64,000 nt of DNA. It comes from a virus (lineage: Duplodnaviria > Caudoviricetes). The translations under genes and the position numbers were made by a program. Under the pieces are notes generated by a model that was given only the letters and a program-made list of their open reading frames with translations, was not told the origin of the DNA and did not search any database. The stretch is taken from the IMG/VR virus record IMGVR_UViG_3300044518_000037, positions 1-64,000 of that record; one strand, written 5' to 3'. The number at the start of each line of letters is the position of its first letter. Positions within the stretch are counted from its first letter, which is position 1. Below, one piece after another: positions 62,355 to 64,000 of this stretch.

Positions 62355-63194
62355 TCACTGGTACCCGGCCGAGGCCATGAGCTGAATGGACAGTCCGACA
62401 GCGCAGCGGAAGGGGATGAGGCGCTGGCTGAAGTGCGTGAACTCGATGTTGATGCTGCTGATGTAGCCGAAGTAGCGCATCAGGGACACGTCGGGGAGCT
62501 GCTGCCAGCTCGCACCGCCGCCTTGGTACGCGCTTGAGGTGTTCGCGAGCACAGCCCGGACCGGGTAGAGCTGCATGGTCCCGGTGACCGCGTTAGGGGT
62601 GACGCTCAGCGCGCTGCCCAGGTCCGTGCTGTCCGAGCCGCCTGCGGTTGCGCCGGTGCCGTAGGGCGAGCCGGGCACGCCCGACGGCGGGCCGGGCAGC
62701 GGAGCCAGTTGGGTGGCCTGGTTGGTGGACAGCGGCGTCGTGATACCTGTCAGCCCGTAGAGGACGTGAACGTCCAGGAGGACGCCGAGGTCGTGCGCCA
62801 GGTCCCCGACCCGACCGTCCCAGACTTCGTATGTCCTGTCGAATAGGAGGCTGAAGTTTACGGTGCCGCCGGAGGTACGCAGCGGGATCCCGGTGTCGGC
62901 CGCCTGCCGAAGGTAGGGGGGGATCATCTGGTCGCTGGCGTTCAGCGAGTGCGACACCGAGACCGTGGACGGGTTGTAGAGAAAGTTGAGCGAGTACGAG
63001 CCCTGCGGGTTGGTCGGGGACTTCTGCCCCCCGGAAACAAGGGATGCTGACTCGATATATCCGCGAAACAGGCCCGAATACGTCGGGTCGCTCATGACAG
63101 CGGTCGGTGCGTAGCGCCAGATCCGTGGGTCAAAGTTGTTGTTGCTGTGTGCGACAGAATTCGGGGTGGCGGTTGTGATCGTTACGTCAGTCAT
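62355..63194 (-). CDS. Tail tube initiator/CIS-tube-like protein
   Basis: NFLYNPSTV; FSLLFDRT; GYISSINIEFTHF. Confidence 0.75.
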   Translation of the reverse strand: MTDVTITTATPNSVAHSNNNFDPRIWRYAPTAVMSDPTYSGLFRGYIESASLVSGGQKSPTNPQGSYSLNFLYNPSTVSVSHSLNASDQMIPPYLRQAADTGIPLRTSGGTVNFSLLFDRTYEVWDGRVGDLAHDLGVLLDVHVLYGLTGITTPLSTNQATQLAPLPGPPSGVPGSPYGTGATAGGSDSTDLGSALSVTPNAVTGTMQLYPVRAVLANTSSAYQGGGASWQQLPDVSLMRYFGYISSINIEFTHFSQRLIPFRCAVGLSIQLMASAGYQ

Positions 63195-64000
63195 TACCAG
63201 CCCCCCATCAGTGTCTTGATACGGTCGTCCGCCGCGATGAAGTCAACGAAGCTCTTCGCTGCCGACTGGGCTCCCTCCGCAGAAGCAGTCGGCATTTGCA
63301 CAGTAATACTCCCGGTGCTGAAGTTGATATTCACTCCGCCGCCAGTGGTCCGGACGCCGAGCGTCTGGTTCATCAGAGCCTGGCGCACGGCGGTGGCCGC
63401 CTGCTGAGGCAGGACCATCTCGCCAGGGTGCAACTGCGCGCTCTGGGTAGTCGGCACGTTCCACGCCCCGGCGGAGTAGCCCTGGGACGGCAGGTCGGGG
63501 TTGGCCTGTTGCACATTCTGGATGCCGTGGTACCGGCCCTTGATGTAGTTGATCGTGGCAGCGGCGTTCGCCTCAGGATTGAAAATGTCATCCGGAAGTG
63601 ACTTCACCCGGTTGGCCTCGAATGTTGCACCTATTACCTGCCACGGCCCGCGTGACGGGTCCCCGGCCTTAGCATTCGAGTCCCAATCATTTTCCGCGTG
63701 TATGTCGTAGTCGGATTCCCGGTAGGCGATCGTCGTCAGCCCGCGTGCCCAGGCCGCGCCTGAGACGTCCGTGACCGCCATCGCCCCGGAAATCGCATCC
63801 CGGATCTCCTTCGGCGGGGCGGGGATGACGCCCTGCTTGCCCTTGATCTCACCCCAGTTGTAATCACCCACATCCGCCCCGGCCGGGCTAGCGGAGTTCT
63901 TAGCCGAGGAATTCTGCGACGGCGGGGAATCCCCCGCGCTCCCGGCCCATGCCCCGCCGCCTCCGCCAGCCAGGGCGGAGGCCAGGGCCTCGACCTCGGC
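63194..64000 (-). CDS. Tape measure protein C-terminus with SLT transglycosylase domain (partial)
   Basis: Frame stays open to the window end; IAYRES..NDWDSNA..GDPSRGPWQ..NPEANAAATINYI..Y; LHPGEMVLP. Confidence 0.85.
   Translation of the reverse strand, partial: AEVEALASALAGGGGGAWAGSAGDSPPSQNSSAKNSASPAGADVGDYNWGEIKGKQGVIPAPPKEIRDAISGAMAVTDVSGAAWARGLTTIAYRESDYDIHAENDWDSNAKAGDPSRGPWQVIGATFEANRVKSLPDDIFNPEANAAATINYIKGRYHGIQNVQQANPDLPSQGYSAGAWNVPTTQSAQLHPGEMVLPQQAATAVRQALMNQTLGVRTTGGGVNINFSTGSITVQMPTASAEGAQSAAKSFVDFIAADDRIKTLMGGW

Larger units (their letters stand above)
1..64000. mobile_element. Actinobacterial phage genome segment, likely temperate myovirus (early arm, integration module, replication arm, contractile-tail module)
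   Basis: Tightly packed phage-type genes across the whole window: serine integrase, Pol I, primase, helicases, baseplate J, gp25, gp5, tape measure. No host housekeeping operons. WhiB and Lsr2 point to an actinobacterial host. Confidence 0.93.

Noticed and set aside
1-64000. CRISPR array, reverse transcriptase/DGR, group I/II intron or intein
   Set aside because: No regularly spaced repeats, no RT motifs, and Pol I, RecA and the helicases are of normal length. The Cas4-like gene is a solo phage nuclease.

Overview
The whole window is a high-GC actinobacterial (Streptomyces-like) phage genome segment, probably a temperate myovirus. It has two convergent arms that meet at about 26.7 kb. The + arm (1-26.7 kb) holds about 50 short, mostly unknown 'early' genes. 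These include an ArdA-like acidic protein, two convergent Lsr2 paralogues sharing an extra C-terminal domain, and a central recombinase module (small ORF, large serine recombinase with a DUF4096-like tail, and a catalytically dead resolvase-like gene). The - arm (26.8-64 kb) holds a TGT/DpdA-like protein, HNH, SLT, membrane proteins, SpoVS, RuvC, a Cas4-like nuclease, WhiB, RecA, DNA polymerase I, SSB, an SNF2 helicase, primase, DnaB, a DnaC-like loader, an HTH initiator with a candidate origin, and a contractile-tail baseplate module through to the tape-measure C-terminus. The most notable unannotated signal is in the intergenic spaces of the early arm: a well-formed type II hammerhead ribozyme (5582-5655) and two anticodon-less tRNA 'top-half' elements with compensatory base changes (3983-4056, 7709-7756), plus a shared 24-nt motif. 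I infer that these form an RNA-processing system that cuts up the early polycistronic transcript. All calls were made by eye; no searches were run.
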